Made by a program: the position numbers and the translations under genes
In this document: positions 18,940-28,764 of the stretch, one piece after another
Layout of the letters: each line of letters begins with the position of its first letter
How positions within the stretch are numbered: position 1 is the stretch's first letter
Notes under the pieces: generated by a model
What the model saw: only the letters and a program-made list of their open reading frames with translations
Told to the model about the DNA's origin: nothing
Database searches by the model: none
IMG/VR virus record: IMGVR_UViG_3300014208_000023
Span: 320,001-384,000 of that record
Strand: one strand, 5' to 3'
DNA: 64,000 nt
From: a virus
Lineage: Duplodnaviria; Caudoviricetes

Positions 18940-19218
18940 TTAACCGAAACGGACTATTTCTTGTGCTTCTTCAAGCTGTTTGGTCATGGACACTATTTTA
19001 TCTGCGGCCATCTTTTTAAGCTGATTATAAACGGATTGTAGTGCTACTTCTGGACTGTCAGAAGTATGGCTAATTGACTTTGCCGAACTATCTTGTGTAG
19101 CTCTAGCAATCCATTTGCCGGAAAATGGTAAGCTTTTGCAATCAACCCATTTATACTCAACAAATCTTCCAAGTTTTTCGGCCTGAATAAGAAGTTCTGT
19201 TGCGGAACGGTTTTCCAT
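18940..19218 (-). CDS. hypothetical protein
   Basis: 92-aa ORF, possibly paralogous to the adjacent 19224 ORF. Confidence 0.65.
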   Translation of the reverse strand: MENRSATELLIQAEKLGRFVEYKWVDCKSLPFSGKWIARATQDSSAKSISHTSDSPEVALQSVYNQLKKMAADKIVSMTKQLEEAQEIVRFG

Positions 19219-19223
19219 TTGAA

Positions 19224-19538
19224 TTATTCTCTTTCTAGAAGGACTTGGAGGTCTTTAGTAAGGTCTTGGAGAGCTTTAGTTTCTTCGGAAAGAACTTTCA
19301 ACTGTTTGACCGCCTCTTTCTTCATCTTCACAATAAGTCCTTCGAGGGCCGCCATAGAGGTTGGGCCGTCCTCAACTAAAGTTATTTTACTACAATTAGA
19401 GTCAAAAGCGGGAAAAGCAGACGCTCTCCAAACATACATGCATTCAAACATAGTTGGGCTAAGCTGAATGCTGGCTCTGCCTATGTGCCGAGCAAGTAGA
19501 TTGGCTGGGCCTATCAGTTCTAATGTAGGATCTTTCAT
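19224..19538 (-). CDS. hypothetical protein
   Basis: 104-aa ORF with C-terminal coiled coil. Confidence 0.65.
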   Translation of the reverse strand: MKDPTLELIGPANLLARHIGRASIQLSPTMFECMYVWRASAFPAFDSNCSKITLVEDGPTSMAALEGLIVKMKKEAVKQLKVLSEETKALQDLTKDLQVLLERE

Positions 19539-19575
19539 GTTTTCTTTCTATAAAAAAGGGCAATGTAATTAGAGC

Positions 19576-20073
19576 TTATTTAGATTGATAAGTTTTAAAT
19601 ACCTTATCAAAAGCCAAACTAAATATGCCGTAATTTTTACTCATATTTACGTGATGAATGTTGTGCAGTTCTTGCCAACGACTGAAAAAAGGAAGGCGCT
19701 GCCAAATAGATTTATTCAGATGAAATCCGTCGTGAATGTAATCGTGTAGCAATCCAGTTACAATCATTGATGCAAGCACACATGCACACGTCCATATAGA
19801 TATGCCTATCAGGAAGTGACTTGCTATTACCATAAGCATTATGGGGGAGAATGCAAGAGTAAAAATGAAGGCTGAATTATTTTTTCCAGAACTACGATAA
19901 ACATCGGAAGTCAAATTCCCTGGCGGATATTGAACTGTATGATGATCCATATGGGCCTGATACAAGGGGCCGCAAATTGGATTGTGAAATAATCTGTGCG
20001 TCCAGTATCCCAAAAAAGAAGTGAATAGTGCTGAGCCTGCAATTATAAGTGCGGTAAAAATCATATTTTCCAA
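19576..20073 (-). CDS. sterol desaturase / fatty-acid hydroxylase family membrane protein
   Basis: His boxes YWTHRLFH, HMDHH, HDYIH, LHNIHH separated by hydrophobic helices. Confidence 0.85.
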   Translation of the reverse strand: MENMIFTALIIAGSALFTSFLGYWTHRLFHNPICGPLYQAHMDHHTVQYPPGNLTSDVYRSSGKNNSAFIFTLAFSPIMLMVIASHFLIGISIWTCACVLASMIVTGLLHDYIHDGFHLNKSIWQRLPFFSRWQELHNIHHVNMSKNYGIFSLAFDKVFKTYQSK

Positions 20074-20771
20074 TTTATATTATTAACTATTTTATAGATG
20101 GCAGCCCTACTTACTCCGTATTCCTCACCTAGCTTAGCGTTGGAGTATTTGCCAGTAGCAAATTTTGCTCTTATTTCTTTAACTAAAGAAAAATTAAGTT
20201 TGGCTTTGCCATTTTTCTCACCAGAAACATCTTTGCTGTGCTGCACCTTCCAATTTTCTGGCTGGATTTTTCCGAAATTTGGATGTGCAGTACCTAACTT
20301 GCCGTACATTGGCCCATTTTTACCAGAAAGTGCTTTGCTTATTTTGCTTCTAGTTTCCTCAGAAATAGGCTTGCCGAACTTAGGGTGATTTTCTTTTTTT
20401 ATACCGAACAAATAGCTTTTATTGCCTCTGTGGGAGGCAGCTAATTTTTCCTTATGTTCATCTGAAAATTTCAATCCAGATAAGCCTTCTCCGCCTTTTG
20501 TTAAATTACATGCCCATTTGCCATTATTTTCGGGATCGGCAACATAAGTGCCATATTGGTTAATTAATGCCATCTCCATGTCAAGAGCAAATTTTTCGTC
20601 TTTAGTAGCCAAAACAATTTCTCTATTCATGCCATGTTTAGCGGCAACTCTAACCCAATAGTTATTTCTAGGCTTCCCATCAAACACGCGACCATATAGG
20701 CCTTTGCCCACATAAAATGTGTTACCATCATCGGTCTTATCTAGATAAAGATAGAAAACTTTTTTACTCAT
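20061..20771 (-). mobile_element. GIY-YIG homing endonuclease gene with NUMOD3-like repeats
   Basis: FYLY...FYVGKG...R, NLTKGGEG, SDEHKEKL and SEETRSKIS repeats, C-terminal HTH. Confidence 0.85.
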
Positions 20772-21415
20772 ACAGTAACCGTATTATTATCAGAATCATC
20801 TTCATAATATTCTGTATATACATCTTTTGTAAGACCAAAATCACGAAGAAGAGGCTTTCCATCTAACATGCCCCAAGAGCTAATTTTTATAGCATCACCC
20901 ACTTGAAGTTGTTTGTCTAAAATTAATTTAGATAAACACCTATATAGTGTATTTTTTACAATTTCATCATATTCTTCTGGCTTGCCTTCATGAACTTCAT
21001 TGTTAAATGTCCAATAAATTGCTTTACCAAAAGTTTTGAAACTTATGCCTACTGCATCTTCGAAATCTTCTTCAGTCATAGTTTCGGTCCATCTTACAAT
21101 AATCCATTTAGATTCCGTGTCAGCCGCCAATACGTTATTAAGGCATTCTCCTCTCATTGACATTTCTGCAGAATTTTGTGCTAAACCCTTATCCGAATGA
21201 GCAATTTTCAATACCAAACTATCTGAAATTTGAAATATTGTTCTAGATGAACCCTCGCCTAACTTATCAAAGCTCTCTTCAGCAAGCTCTACTCTATCGT
21301 CAAAATCCTTTAAAGAGCTGATTTCCTTGAGGATTTCATCGTTATTTTTAACGATTTTTCCTACGCTATCAGTAAGCTTCTCGAATTTTTCGGCGGCAAG
21401 AAGAAGATTTTTCAT
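20768..21415 (-). CDS. protein-kinase-like fold protein
   Basis: LGEGSSR glycine loop, VLKIA, QNSAE, DAIKISSWG, LRDFGL. Confidence 0.7.
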   Translation of the reverse strand: MKNLLLAAEKFEKLTDSVGKIVKNNDEILKEISSLKDFDDRVELAEESFDKLGEGSSRTIFQISDSLVLKIAHSDKGLAQNSAEMSMRGECLNNVLAADTESKWIIVRWTETMTEEDFEDAVGISFKTFGKAIYWTFNNEVHEGKPEEYDEIVKNTLYRCLSKLILDKQLQVGDAIKISSWGMLDGKPLLRDFGLTKDVYTEYYEDDSDNNTVTV

Positions 21416-21435
21416 ATCATAATGATGCGATTTTT

Positions 21436-21624
21436 TTATACGATTTTGATCTGAATCGTCCGGAAAACGATTTTAGTTTTGTCTTCTGGTGGAAGCTGAA
21501 GACTGTATAGTTTCGCGTATTTCGACGCATTCGCTTCATTTTCCTCAACCTCAACTACCTCTACTTTGGCAATATTTCTTGTGATTGGAGACATAGTTTC
21601 TTTGTAAATAACATTTGCATACAT
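21436..21624 (-). CDS. small hypothetical protein
   Basis: 62-aa ORF. Confidence 0.5.
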   Translation of the reverse strand: MYANVIYKETMSPITRNIAKVEVVEVEENEANASKYAKLYSLQLPPEDKTKIVFRTIQIKIV

Positions 21625-21633
21625 AAGTCTTAC

Positions 21634-22059
21634 CTATTTAAGTTTCAGCTTGCAGCGTTTAAGCTCTTCCTCGGTTGGAAGATGATGACCCAGATATTCC
21701 TTAAGAATAGATGCGTCGGATGGATTAAGAATTACGAAACGATCAATTGCTAATATCTCATATTCTTGATGATTTAAGAATGATAGCTCTATTTGATGAA
21801 TATGATGATTTAATCCAATTTCAATTCTAGAATCATCTCTAGATTGTAATTGGTGGTCTGTAGAAAATACCATTAGATCACGGCCTACCGTGAGGTTGCA
21901 TTTAGACATGGTATTACGTAATAGTTCTAGGTGCCTAGCCTTGTTTCTAATTATGAATTCTTGTGGAAGAAATGGGCCTTCAAGTTTAATTGCCTCTATA
22001 GGCTCCTCTTCAGGCGGAGGCGATAGCCCCAATAATTGTAGTAAGTGCATTGGGCTCAA
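21634..22059 (-). CDS. hypothetical protein
   Basis: 141-aa ORF. Confidence 0.6.
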   Translation of the reverse strand: MSPMHLLQLLGLSPPPEEEPIEAIKLEGPFLPQEFIIRNKARHLELLRNTMSKCNLTVGRDLMVFSTDHQLQSRDDSRIEIGLNHHIHQIELSFLNHQEYEILAIDRFVILNPSDASILKEYLGHHLPTEEELKRCKLKLK

Positions 22060-22135
22060 TCAGATGAGGTCTTATGCAGAGATGATTTAATGATCATTAT
22101 CTTTATAAGATTGCTGTTTATTTTTCGCTCCGCGT

Positions 22136-22597
22136 TTAGGAGTTAATTTGTGTTTCATAGGTCCCGCACTGGACCTCATGCTTGCCGCTAGAGCGAAGGG
22201 ATTTCGCGGCTTTAGCTTTTTCTTTTTTTTCTTTTTTTTCTTGTTCGCCATTGTATTTAATGACTTTCAAAATTCTTGTGCCACCAACTTCAGTTGGAAG
22301 CCAGAATATTTTAATAGAACTAATAAGTAGTAGTGGGCATATTTTTTTTGCTGTAACCAAATAACCATTCTTCTCGACTAGAGAAGGATAATGAAATGAC
22401 CGGTTAGGCTCATCTCCTTTTGAGACGTTTATACCCAAAAGGTATGCGTCGCTATATCTATTGTAGCCTACAACTCTACCTTTAATGTTTCCATGAAATT
22501 TGGTTTCGGCCACTATTATATCGCCTATTTTGATATTTGACCTGCAACTTAAATAGTTATCGTATTCTTTTTTTGAAGAGAAATTATTAGGGAACAT
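22136..22597 (-). CDS. hypothetical protein (SH3-like beta N-terminus)
   Basis: IKIGDIIV...GRVVG pattern. Confidence 0.55.
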   Translation of the reverse strand: MFPNNFSSKKEYDNYLSCRSNIKIGDIIVAETKFHGNIKGRVVGYNRYSDAYLLGINVSKGDEPNRSFHYPSLVEKNGYLVTAKKICPLLLISSIKIFWLPTEVGGTRILKVIKYNGEQEKKEKKEKAKAAKSLRSSGKHEVQCGTYETQINS

Positions 22598-22620
22598 ATT
22601 TATGTTATACCAAACAAATT

Positions 22621-22650
22621 GACCCCGTAGAACCTATATTCTACGGGGTC
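22621..22650. terminator. Rho-independent terminator, likely bidirectional
   Basis: Perfect 12-bp inverted repeat GACCCCGTAGAA-cctata-TTCTACGGGGTC, T-rich on both sides. Confidence 0.75.
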
Positions 22651-22656
22651 ATATTT

Positions 22657-22818
22657 TCATGAAAAACGACTTGAAATCCAAGCAATTACTTTTTGGAAAG
22701 TATTACCTATTGTGGTAATAACTCTTGCTATGATTCCTGTTGGGGCTAGTAAAACAAATCCAACCGATAGTATGATGGCTAGAATTAGCAAGCCTAAAGG
22801 CCAAGTAAGCTCATTCAT
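22657..22818 (-). CDS. small membrane protein
   Basis: MNELTWPLGLLILAIILSVGFVLL...; start overlaps upstream stop. Confidence 0.6.
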   Translation of the reverse strand: MNELTWPLGLLILAIILSVGFVLLAPTGIIARVITTIGNTFQKVIAWISSRFS

Positions 22819-23134
22819 TATTGTCCTCGTCTTCCTCTGCGTCCATATCAACGGCAGATGCTATCGCCGCAATGTTTTTGGCCGAATCAATTTTCGGGTC
22901 TATCTTGAATATTCCGCCGCCTCGGCCTGCTCGTGGCTTAACGCTGTCGCAGTTATTTACGATTAGGGCAGTGATTCCTGCCGCTACTGAAACTGGGACA
23001 TGAGTTTCTTCTACAATTTGATCTACAAAGTCTTTTGTAGTAAAGCGAGATCCTACTTCCATATTTTCAATTATTGACTCTGCAACTTTTGAGACCGTAG
23101 AGATTGTTTCTGCAATATTTTTTTCGTTAATCAT
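22811..23134 (-). CDS. putative winged-helix protein
   Basis: Helical region then PRAGRGGGIFKI wing-like hairpin; GGAG RBS before ATG 23134. Confidence 0.5.
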   Translation of the reverse strand: MINEKNIAETISTVSKVAESIIENMEVGSRFTTKDFVDQIVEETHVPVSVAAGITALIVNNCDSVKPRAGRGGGIFKIDPKIDSAKNIAAIASAVDMDAEEDEDNNE

Positions 23135-23205
23135 ATTTACTCCGTAATACATACACATAAGAAAGTCATTTTGAAAAGGATGACTCAAACCTAAGTTTAT
23201 AAGAG

Positions 23206-23985
23206 CTAGTCGTTTTTTAAATTAAAGGACCTCCCAAAAGGTGGTTTGAAAGCGGCGTTTAAAGAAGTTAGTATCCATAAGAATTGGGTTTCACTATTTG
23301 GTGAGCCTTTTTTATTAAGCTCTTCTAAATCGAAGATAGCGCCGTCCGTAAGTATCACTACCATATCGACCGGGCCGTATTCTTTTTCATACGAATAGAT
23401 CGTCGGAGCGAGGGCCGTGCCTCCTCCGCCTGTATATTGGATTTTGAGTAATTCCCCAAGCTCAGCGCTTTCGATATGTGTAGCCGTCTCGTAATACGGA
23501 ACGGTATCAAAGCAAACGACGTGCCCCTCAATGCTCAATCCTAAAACCTGTAATTGAGATACTCCGTAAGTGGCATCTTCTTTAGAAACCGAACCACTTC
23601 TATCCACTAGAACTAATACTTTAAATACGTTAAGTTTTTTCTTTGGAAGATACTGTCCATAAAATAAAGCCCTTGATCTTGGAGATCCCCAATCATTTTT
23701 GCCAATACCTTCTTTTTTAGAGCCCAAAGTAATGGCCACGAAGTCTTCCCAGGTCATCTTGGGGGCAATTAAGATTCCCAATTCCTCTTGAAGGCCAGGA
23801 CTCATCTTTGCGCCCATTCTGCGGGCACCCTCTACTGCGCTTTGGAATCTTTGCGCTAGTTCTTCTTCTGTGATGTTGGCGTCCATATGAACGTCGGTAA
23901 GGCTTCCTACCCCAAAGACATCAATTATCTCAACATCATCTCCATCACACTTGCACTTTTTTTCCGGTTCCGTATTCTTTGGCAT
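23206..23985 (-). CDS. VWA-like domain (C-terminal half of DUF2201 metallopeptidase), frameshifted
   Basis: VLVDRSGSVS MIDAS, GGGGT, ILTDG. Confidence 0.85.
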   Translation of the reverse strand: MPKNTEPEKKCKCDGDDVEIIDVFGVGSLTDVHMDANITEEELAQRFQSAVEGARRMGAKMSPGLQEELGILIAPKMTWEDFVAITLGSKKEGIGKNDWGSPRSRALFYGQYLPKKKLNVFKVLVLVDRSGSVSKEDATYGVSQLQVLGLSIEGHVVCFDTVPYYETATHIESAELGELLKIQYTGGGGTALAPTIYSYEKEYGPVDMVVILTDGAIFDLEELNKKGSPNSETQFLWILTSLNAAFKPPFGRSFNLKND

Positions 23986-24889
23986 TATGCTCTTGAATCT
24001 TCTTTAGTTTTCTTTTCATTTCCTGAACGTCTTCCGGCACCTTATAGCAAAAGAGTTTTCCGCACTCATCGCATCTTGGAACCTGACGCATTAAGTGATC
24101 ATATATCACTTCTGGTTGCGACATATCTTTGTGTAGATTCGGCTCGGCATAAAGAACGGTTGGCTCTACATAATTTGAATCAACATAGTCTGGAGCCAAC
24201 ATCCTCTGTATAGCTGACCGAGGCGAGAATGGCAGCATCTTTTCTGGTGGATTATATGGATCCCTAACGAATTGGGCATAATCTTCTAAAGTAACATAGT
24301 CGGCCAATTCCTTGAATAGAACTTCAGGCCGCTTAAATCCCCTCTGCCTCAAGTCATCAATCGTATTGAAATTGGCCTTAAAGTCAATTGATATATTCCA
24401 TAATGAAGGAATCCGATGCCCGCGTCTGTTTGGATGTAAGAGCGCTGCGTGCATTCCTTCATGTCCAACTAGGCACCTTACTCCTAGTTTGCTTTTTGCA
24501 GTAACAAATTGTGGTGCCCAATAAAAAACCTTACCATCAGTAGCGGCAGTCTCTACTATTTGAGGATATTTTTTCTTGTATTCTCTATATCTTATAATCG
24601 ATGCTAGGTCTTCTTCATTCAATGGAAGATTAAGGTCATCTTTCCTATCCGTCCTATCAAAAGCTTTTCTTAAAGGAATTAAGTCTATACCAGTAATATC
24701 ACAATAATGTGGCATTGGAGCCACTAGCTGCATTAATAATGGGTCTCCGCCGACTTTTGAGCCGAGCAGATTCATATTCCATCCAGTTGATAGTTCGGCA
24801 AAAACTTCCGAAAGATAACCTTGGCACCTATTGACTAGGTGCTCTTTTTCTTTTGAATCTATCTCTCCAATTATCTTGGTGAATTTCAC
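23945..24889 (-). CDS. DUF2201_N putative metallopeptidase (N-terminal half)
   Basis: TAATDG and GHEGMHAALLHPNRR zinc motif. Confidence 0.85.
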   Translation of the reverse strand: MKFTKIIGEIDSKEKEHLVNRCQGYLSEVFAELSTGWNMNLLGSKVGGDPLLMQLVAPMPHYCDITGIDLIPLRKAFDRTDRKDDLNLPLNEEDLASIIRYREYKKKYPQIVETAATDGKVFYWAPQFVTAKSKLGVRCLVGHEGMHAALLHPNRRGHRIPSLWNISIDFKANFNTIDDLRQRGFKRPEVLFKELADYVTLEDYAQFVRDPYNPPEKMLPFSPRSAIQRMLAPDYVDSNYVEPTVLYAEPNLHKDMSQPEVIYDHLMRQVPRCDECGKLFCYKVPEDVQEMKRKLKKIQEHNAKEYGTGKKVQV

Positions 24890-24950
24890 TTTTATTCCGC
24901 CGCAGCAAATATAATCATATAAATGATATGTGCAGTATAGACATACATCA

Positions 24951-26078
24951 TTAGATTGATGCGCCCTTCATTTGGTTGGCCAACTTCTCTATTAGTTTAT
25001 CGTATTCCTTAACCGCAAAGAGATGCTTGAACATTCTATCTTTACCAATTGCGTTCCTGATTCCTATCAACGCAAGCTCCTCGTCAATTTGAAGAAGGAA
25101 TTTGCCGACATTTCTAACTTGAACCGGAATCTCTTTCCTATTATTTGCAACCATCTCATCCAATAGATGAGCCACTCTTGTGCATAAGATGATTACCATC
25201 GTAATCTTCTTGCTTGGCGTAATTCCTTTGGAGAAGGGAGTTTTGGTTTTCAACCCATTAAGTATGTTTGCTATATCCGGCATTAGAACTTGATAATGCT
25301 CAAAATATGCCTGATATCTTATACCGGCCACCTTGCCTAAACAACCAGTTATTTTGGTTGTAATTAGCTCTGGTGACCACCCGTTAGCTTCTCCGTATTT
25401 GGCTAGTTTGGAGGCCTCTTCCCACATTCTAGGAGATGGTGTTCCAAAGCTTTCAGCGGGATTAATCTCTCCATATAAGTCAGATGGAACATCTGTCAAA
25501 TATGCGATAACGGATGGATGTAGCTCTCCATCACCCAATCCCCATTCTATGAAGTCCTTTATGGTCGGTTCAAGAAGATACTTTTCGGTTCTATCGAGAA
25601 GAGGCAGTATTGGACGCCGGCCTCCTTCGGCCGGCAGGTTTCCTGTCATCAATATTGATCGTAAGTTTTTAAACTTACGACCATTAATGCTGTGGCTGCG
25701 AAGAAACTCTAGTAGAGGAGCGTGAAGCTCTTTATCGGCCTTATCTACTTCGTCCAAGATGGCCACTACTGGCTCATCACCTTCTAATAGTGGTTTAAAA
25801 ATTAGCGGAAGTATGTATCTTACATACTCATCTTTTCTTGAGAAAGAAGAAATATCTGGAAATCCGGCAGCATCAACTCTCTCTAAAGTAGAGACGTTCC
25901 AAAAAAATGTCTTGCAACCACTTCTCTTAATTACTTGATCAAGTATTTCTGTTTTTCCGCATCCACGTCTGCCTACGACAAAACAATTTCCACCATATTG
26001 AATGGTGGCTTCAACTATTTTAGCATACTCTTTGGTGGAGATTGTCTTTAGATTAAAGTCAGAATGCGGTCTCTGCAT
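24951..26078 (-). CDS. MoxR-like AAA+ ATPase
   Basis: GRRGCGKT Walker A, ILDEVDKA Walker B, MTGN sensor, PSPRMWE; start moved downstream of the promoter. Confidence 0.85.
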   Translation of the reverse strand: MQRPHSDFNLKTISTKEYAKIVEATIQYGGNCFVVGRRGCGKTEILDQVIKRSGCKTFFWNVSTLERVDAAGFPDISSFSRKDEYVRYILPLIFKPLLEGDEPVVAILDEVDKADKELHAPLLEFLRSHSINGRKFKNLRSILMTGNLPAEGGRRPILPLLDRTEKYLLEPTIKDFIEWGLGDGELHPSVIAYLTDVPSDLYGEINPAESFGTPSPRMWEEASKLAKYGEANGWSPELITTKITGCLGKVAGIRYQAYFEHYQVLMPDIANILNGLKTKTPFSKGITPSKKITMVIILCTRVAHLLDEMVANNRKEIPVQVRNVGKFLLQIDEELALIGIRNAIGKDRMFKHLFAVKEYDKLIEKLANQMKGASI

Positions 26079-26093
26079 CAACGTCCTTACCCT

Positions 26094-26123
26094 ATAATAT
26101 AACCACGCACGCGCATGTGTCAA
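26094..26123 (-). promoter_or_regulatory. sigma70-like promoter
   Basis: TTGACA-N16-TATATT (or N18-TATTAT) just upstream of ATG 26078. Confidence 0.6.
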
Positions 26124-26158
26124 GGGCAATCGTGAAGATAAAAACGGATTATTGGTTT

Positions 26159-26620
26159 TTAGTTATGGCGATTCGGTTTAGTAGTCATGGCCGCTCGTAG
26201 GTAATTCTCCATTTCGTGGAGATTATCAAATATATTGGTTTTATAAGCCAATACCATCTCCGGTAAATTACTATGTTTATGGAATAGCTGATCAAACCCA
26301 GGCACCCATCTAACAAGATCGCCAAGCAAATCTCCAGAAGATTTAATCTGCTGTTTAGTTAGAACCGATGGCCTCATCAATTTTGGATCAATAAGCTTTT
26401 TGGCTTTTTCATCAAAAACCCGCTCGTCGAAAACTGAAAGCCAAATATTGAATAATTTCAGAAATGAAAAATTCAATAAGACGCCAGGCATACTACAATT
26501 CACTTTTCTATCAATGGATAGTTTAAAAAGCGAATCAGTAATTGGCATAAAAGTAACATCTAAAGCCACCCACTTAAATAGTGTGAAGATAATTTTGGTT
26601 GTGAAATGGTAATTTTTCAT
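26159..26620 (-). CDS. hypothetical protein
   Basis: 153-aa ORF. Confidence 0.6.
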   Translation of the reverse strand: MKNYHFTTKIIFTLFKWVALDVTFMPITDSLFKLSIDRKVNCSMPGVLLNFSFLKLFNIWLSVFDERVFDEKAKKLIDPKLMRPSVLTKQQIKSSGDLLGDLVRWVPGFDQLFHKHSNLPEMVLAYKTNIFDNLHEMENYLRAAMTTKPNRHN

Positions 26621-26814
26621 TAGACGCCATCTATCTTTCTCATTGCATCAAAAAGAACTACTGCCACTTTTCTATAATTATCCTCTGACTTCTTATCTCC
26701 AGATAAGTTGGCAAAATCTGCTTCTCCATCAAAGTTTTCTATAAGAGCCGAAACTATAGATAGTAAGCCATGCTCTTTTACTAGAGAGCTAATTTGCTGA
26801 TTTAATTTTTCCAT
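26620..26814 (-). CDS. small hypothetical protein
   Basis: 64-aa ORF, stop/start overlap. Confidence 0.6.
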   Translation of the reverse strand: MEKLNQQISSLVKEHGLLSIVSALIENFDGEADFANLSGDKKSEDNYRKVAVVLFDAMRKIDGV

Positions 26815-26818
26815 GTGT

Positions 26819-27019
26819 TTAATAAAACGTGTAGCCAGTTATTATGCCTTGTGAAATAGAAAGGTTTATTCGTAGCGGCACGAACGTATCTCCCAATTCA
26901 TTAGTGACACTATCAGTTTTGCAGATCCTGGGAATAAATCCTCGGCTCTTGATAATTGGCATGGCGTGCATTAGTTTTATTCCCAGCAATACTGGGAATG
27001 TTCTGTGAATATCATGCAT
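26819..27019 (-). CDS. small protein, potato-inhibitor-I/I78-like fold candidate
   Basis: LLG...RI...RINLSISQGII pattern, similar to the 60882 ORF. Confidence 0.4.
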   Translation of the reverse strand: MHDIHRTFPVLLGIKLMHAMPIIKSRGFIPRICKTDSVTNELGDTFVPLRINLSISQGIITGYTFY

Positions 27020-27872
27020 TTGGCTGGATCTCCTTAAATAATGATTTGGCCTTTTGTGGCTTCGCCTTATTTACCATTGCCTGAAACTTCGCAATTATGG
27101 TGCTTCTTTCGTTCAGAGAATCTTTGAATGGCTCCGTCAATATGATTAGCTCTTTCAACGAGATAATATCCATTTTGTCTATGATGATAAATTTCAATAT
27201 GACGTTGAGAGTATCTTTATCGAGATCCTTCTTATTCACATATTCTCTAATGTGATCTACGGCGCTTCCAGTTTTACCCTGTTTAACAAGGGCATATAGG
27301 GTATCGCAAAATAGCTCGCGCTCTTTGTATGATGTCCCATAAGCATTATTCAGTGTTCCAGCCCAGTTATTGTTAGACGATGAAGACGTGTATGGATAAT
27401 TCGGATTTGTTGATCTATGATAGCCCTGAGTATCATACGCTCTTTGCGGTGGCGGCTGAACCGGAGGAAGAAGTTTCTGAAAATCTCCCTTATACATTGT
27501 TACCAATTTAGACATTGGCGCAATTTCATTGGTCAATTCTGAAATGTTGTCTTCAATATATCTGAGGATATCGTCCTCAACTGCGGCCATCAATATCTCG
27601 CCGTCCTTTTCTCCAACTAAGGAGAAGTTTTTCGGAGAAATATCGTAGGCATAATATCTAACGCACTTGCTATTGTTTAGATCGACAAAAAGATATGACT
27701 TCTCTTTTTCTCCCAAAGCTTTAAGCGGGGGAGGCATTGTTGTCATTCTGGTAAGATCGATAATCATCGTCTTTTCATTTTCAGAAAGATAGAAATGCGT
27801 GCAGTTAAGGTTGGGTTTTGCATTAATTAGTTTGGCCCACTTAACAATACGATCGAACGATTCGGTGATCAT
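27012..27872 (-). CDS. hypothetical protein
   Basis: 286-aa ORF with Pro/Tyr/Ser-rich linker. Confidence 0.7.
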   Translation of the reverse strand: MITESFDRIVKWAKLINAKPNLNCTHFYLSENEKTMIIDLTRMTTMPPPLKALGEKEKSYLFVDLNNSKCVRYYAYDISPKNFSLVGEKDGEILMAAVEDDILRYIEDNISELTNEIAPMSKLVTMYKGDFQKLLPPVQPPPQRAYDTQGYHRSTNPNYPYTSSSSNNNWAGTLNNAYGTSYKERELFCDTLYALVKQGKTGSAVDHIREYVNKKDLDKDTLNVILKFIIIDKMDIISLKELIILTEPFKDSLNERSTIIAKFQAMVNKAKPQKAKSLFKEIQPNA

Positions 27873-27885
27873 TTATATTAACTTT

Positions 27886-28626
27886 CTACTGTTCTTGATC
27901 CGTAGCACGAGTCTTTTTTAATACCTTGTAAATGCAAGGTATTGATACTTTGTATTTTTCTGCCAAGTCCGTTACTTTAACGCCATTACCGTAATCTTTT
28001 TTTATCTCTACAACGTCATCTTTAGATAACTTAATTCTTTTAAGAACCCACTCCTGCTTATACTCCCTTGCCTGAGCTTTTTCTTTCATTAAAGCTATGG
28101 TCTCTTCGGAGTGTTTCTTGCCGTAGAAGGGATTGTTTTCGCCTCTATTAAAAGCTTTCTTCTTATTGGCGGCAGAAATCTTGGCCTTAGTCTCTTCGGT
28201 GTGATGCTGCCCATAAAATGGATTATCTGCACCAGAGTATTTGCCTTTGTTTAAATCTGATAACTTTTCTTTTGTCTCGGCCGAGTGAGTTCTACCATTA
28301 AATCCCCGTCCTCCAGCCGTTTTATTATATCCACCGTCGCCAAAAGTATTGTAAAACTTAATCCAATACTGTTCGCGTTTGAATCCAAATCTCTTTGGGC
28401 ACTCTTCTAAAACTTCAAAAGTGAAGCTTCCAACTCCAAAATCTAAAATGGCTTGGTGTAGGTCTCTAAAGCTACCATTAGTCATATATAGCGTTTTATT
28501 TTTTGAAATTAGAATATGTTTTTTCCATCTTCTAATTGGTTTGGCGTAGCTTGTCACGCCAATATATGACTTATTGTTCTTTATATTTGTTATCTTATAT
28601 ATAAAAGATGTAGATGATTTCCTCAT
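27886..28626 (-). mobile_element. GIY-YIG homing endonuclease gene with NUMOD3 repeats
   Basis: FIYKITN...YIGVT, RWKKH, YNKTAGG, HSAETKEKLS, HTEETKAKIS, HSEETIALM. Confidence 0.9.
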
Positions 28627-28764
28627 TCTAGAATGAGGTTTTATTACCTAATTTGAACTTTAAGTATAATTAGAGCTATCAGATAACTATCTGGCGTATT
28701 TACGCCAGTTATATGGCCAATATCATAGACCGATATAACTAGCCCAAATCTCTGGCCGCCAAGC

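Noticed and set aside
20061-28626. Group I introns around the GIY-YIG genes
   Set aside because: The endonuclease ORFs abut or overlap intact neighbouring genes, leaving no room for a ribozyme core, and no split host gene is evident.
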